Shown here piece by piece: positions 61,209-63,268 of a stretch of DNA of 63,268 nucleotides. The DNA comes from Candidatus Pacearchaeota archaeon (GTDB taxonomy: Archaea > Nanobdellota > Nanobdellia > Pacearchaeales > GW2011-AR1). A program made the translations under genes and the position numbers. Below the pieces are notes generated by a model that saw only the letters and a program-made list of their open reading frames with translations, was not told where the DNA came from and searched no databases. Each line of letters opens with the position of its first letter. Position 1 is the stretch's first letter. The stretch covers positions 1-63,268 of the forward strand of contig JBNLBP010000001.1 in assembly GCA_050302495.1 (NCBI GenBank), read 5' to 3'.

Positions 61209-62996
61209 ATGAAGTTAGCAGATTATGTTATTGATTATTTTGGAGATAAGGGAGTGAAGGATATATTTGAGGTCTATGGTGCTGCGAATGGTGATTTGAT
61301 TGATGCTTTTACGAGAACAGATAAAACAAGATATGTTGCTATAATGCACGAACAAGCTGCAGGGTTTGCTACAGAATGTTATTCTAAGATCAGCGGTAAG
61401 CCAGGTGTTGCGATAGCCACAAGTGGCCCTGGAGGCCAGAATTTTGTGACTCCAATTGCAAATTGTTATTATGATTCTGTTCCGGCAATTTTTATAACAG
61501 GTCAGGTAAACTCCAGATTTTTAAGGCCTGATGAAAGTATAAGACAGAGAGGATTCCAAGAAACCCCTATTGCAGAAATTGTTGCTCCCATAACAAAATA
61601 TTCTAAAATGATTACAGACCCAAGCACAATAAAACATGAACTTGAAAAAGCATGGTATATTTCCCAAGAAGGAAGACCAGGCCCAATTCTTCTTGATCTT
61701 CCGATAGATATTCAAAAAGCGGAAGTAGATCCGTCAAAACTATTTGGGTTTAATTCAGAAACTTATAAAACCAATTTTAATATGGAACAGGTTAATAACC
61801 AGATAGACCACTATCTTGAAGACTTGTCCCGTGCTGAAAGACCAGTTATTCTTGTTGGAGGAGGAGTAAGACCTTCAGGAGGAATAGAAAAACTTCTGAG
61901 TTTGGGAGAGAAATTAAAAATTCCGATGTTCCCCACATGGAATTCATTAGATATTGTTACTTCTGATTACAATTACTATGGAGGAAGGGTTGGAACTTAT
62001 GGCGGAAAAGGAAGAAACTTTGGTTTGCAGAACTCCGATTTAGTTTTGGCTTTGGGAAGCAGAATTTCTGGAAGACTTTATGGAAGCCAGACAAAGGCTT
62101 TCTTAAGAGATGCAAAGAAATATGTAGTAGATATTGATAAAGCTAACTTACAACAAATATTCCAAGAAGTTCCCTTTGACGAGAACATTTTTTGTGACGC
62201 GAAAACTTTTATAGAAAGTTTAGATAAAAAGTTGGAAGGTGTTCCTAAGAAAGATTTCTCTTCATGGACAAGTAAAGTTATGGGTTGGAGAAACAAGTAT
62301 GACCCTGTAAAGAAAGAATTTTTTGAGGCTAATGAGAATGCAAACCCCTATGCTTTTTTTAGAACACTTTCTCAAGAAATGAAATCTGGAGATATCCTTG
62401 TGGGAGACTGTGGGGGAAATATTGTTGTTGCTAGTCACGCTTTTGAAACAAAGAAAGGGCAAAGATTCATTACAAATAATGGAAACTCCCCTATGGGATT
62501 TTCATTTTCAGGAGCCATGGGGGCCTACCTTGCTGCAAATGAAGGCCAAAATGTAGTTTGCACGATTGGAGATGGAGGTTTCAATATGAATATCCAAGAA
62601 CTACAAACTTTAAAGAATTATGATCTAAATTTCAAGACATTCATAATTAACAATGGAATTTATGGTATCACTAAAGCATTCCAAGAAAAGAAGTTTGAGG
62701 GTAGGGCTGAAGCATGTGGTCCAAAAGGCTATGTTCCTCCTAATTTTATGGCCATATGTGATGCTTACGGAATTAAAACCGAATCTATAAAAGGAAATGA
62801 TATTGATAGCATGAGAGAGAAAATTGGAGATGTTTTGAATTCAAAAGGTCCTGTTGTGTGTGATGTAAGTTGTCCAGACTGGCATACTTACGAACCAACA
62901 GTTTTTGGATCAGTCCCAATCGAAGAAATGCACCCTCAGTTGCCTGAAGAAGAATTCAGAGAAAATATGATTATAAAACCTTGGAAAAAGAAATAA
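61209..62996 (+). CDS. thiamine-diphosphate-dependent enzyme of the acetolactate-synthase/POX family
   Basis: 595 aa; N-terminal PYR domain (IMHEQAAGFATECYSKISGKPGVAIATSGPGGQN), C-terminal ThDP motif GDGGFNMNIQELQT...NNGIYG. Confidence 0.8.
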   Translation: MKLADYVIDYFGDKGVKDIFEVYGAANGDLIDAFTRTDKTRYVAIMHEQAAGFATECYSKISGKPGVAIATSGPGGQNFVTPIANCYYDSVPAIFITGQVNSRFLRPDESIRQRGFQETPIAEIVAPITKYSKMITDPSTIKHELEKAWYISQEGRPGPILLDLPIDIQKAEVDPSKLFGFNSETYKTNFNMEQVNNQIDHYLEDLSRAERPVILVGGGVRPSGGIEKLLSLGEKLKIPMFPTWNSLDIVTSDYNYYGGRVGTYGGKGRNFGLQNSDLVLALGSRISGRLYGSQTKAFLRDAKKYVVDIDKANLQQIFQEVPFDENIFCDAKTFIESLDKKLEGVPKKDFSSWTSKVMGWRNKYDPVKKEFFEANENANPYAFFRTLSQEMKSGDILVGDCGGNIVVASHAFETKKGQRFITNNGNSPMGFSFSGAMGAYLAANEGQNVVCTIGDGGFNMNIQELQTLKNYDLNFKTFIINNGIYGITKAFQEKKFEGRAEACGPKGYVPPNFMAICDAYGIKTESIKGNDIDSMREKIGDVLNSKGPVVCDVSCPDWHTYEPTVFGSVPIEEMHPQLPEEEFRENMIIKPWKKK

Positions 62997-63268
62997 TTAA
63001 ATTAATATTTTCTCTAATTCGTTTATAAATTTCTTTGAACCTTTACGAACTATTTTTTTATCTAAATAATTTTCTTCGGTATTGAGAACTAAATAGGAAA
63101 CAAAATCAACCCCTGGATATTTGAAGTCAAGGTCTATATCTTCCCAGTACTTTGCTGTTTTATCCCAAACAGATACGTCTGAAGGATCTGAGATAAGTCC
63201 ATCTGAAGGGGGCCTAGATTTCATTCTTTTCTTTGCTTCAGCCTCAGAACAAACACATTCTACAACAA
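62997..63268 (-). CDS. C-terminal part of a hypothetical protein (5' end outside window)
   Basis: Minus-strand frame stays open upstream of Met 63224 to the window edge (...VVECVCSEAEAKKRMKSRPP...). Confidence 0.4.
   Translation of the reverse strand, partial: VVECVCSEAEAKKRMKSRPPSDGLISDPSDVSVWDKTAKYWEDIDLDFKYPGVDFVSYLVLNTEENYLDKKIVRKGSKKFINELEKILI

Noticed and set aside
1-63268. CRISPR arrays, rRNA genes, transposases/integrases/IS elements, prophage genes
   Set aside because: No regularly spaced direct repeats, no rRNA-like GC-rich blocks, and no transposase or integrase-like ORFs were seen. The window looks like core chromosome plus cell-surface and glycosylation islands

Overview
AT-rich (roughly one-third GC by eye) archaeal chromosomal segment, probably from a small-genome DPANN-like archaeon (inference from lysine-rich protein tails, compact overlapping genes and missing canonical neighbours). 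The window holds five blocks: (i) a cell-surface locus (partial Cys-rich repeat protein, four co-directional pilin-like genes with archaeal class III signal peptides, a winged-helix regulator, a large Thr/Ser-rich S-layer candidate, and a CARDB-like adhesin with a C-terminal TM+basic anchor next to a small exosortase/archaeosortase-like membrane protein); (ii) an information-processing and cell-division stretch on the minus strand (SepF, prefoldin beta, RpoP, L37ae, tRNA-Pro, L11, Spt5, FtsZ, FKBP) followed by aIF5A, L40e, an interrupted HAD gene, an S2P protease, the L1-L10-L12 unit, an XPD-like helicase, DedA, tRNA-Ser, AMP phosphorylase and an AI-2E transporter; (iii) the archaeal ribosomal-protein supercluster L3 through L15-SecY (32.3-46.8 kb) followed by a DUF106/Oxa1-like protein and prefoldin alpha; (iv) an eIF2B-like protein and a SpoIIM-like membrane protein; (v) an N-glycosylation island (AglH, AglB/STT3, FkbM methyltransferase, two GT4, epimerase, GmhA, Gmd-like 4,6-dehydratase, GT10 fucosyltransferase-like, HAD, ThDP enzyme). 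The most unusual signal is a set of six unannotated small ORFs (72-122 aa), at least five sharing a YegP/DUF1508-like repeat motif, wedged between universally conserved r-protein genes (L3|L4, L4|L23, L2|S19, L5|S14, L30|L15 and L10|L12) and translationally coupled to them. No CRISPR arrays, rRNA genes, transposases or integrases were seen.
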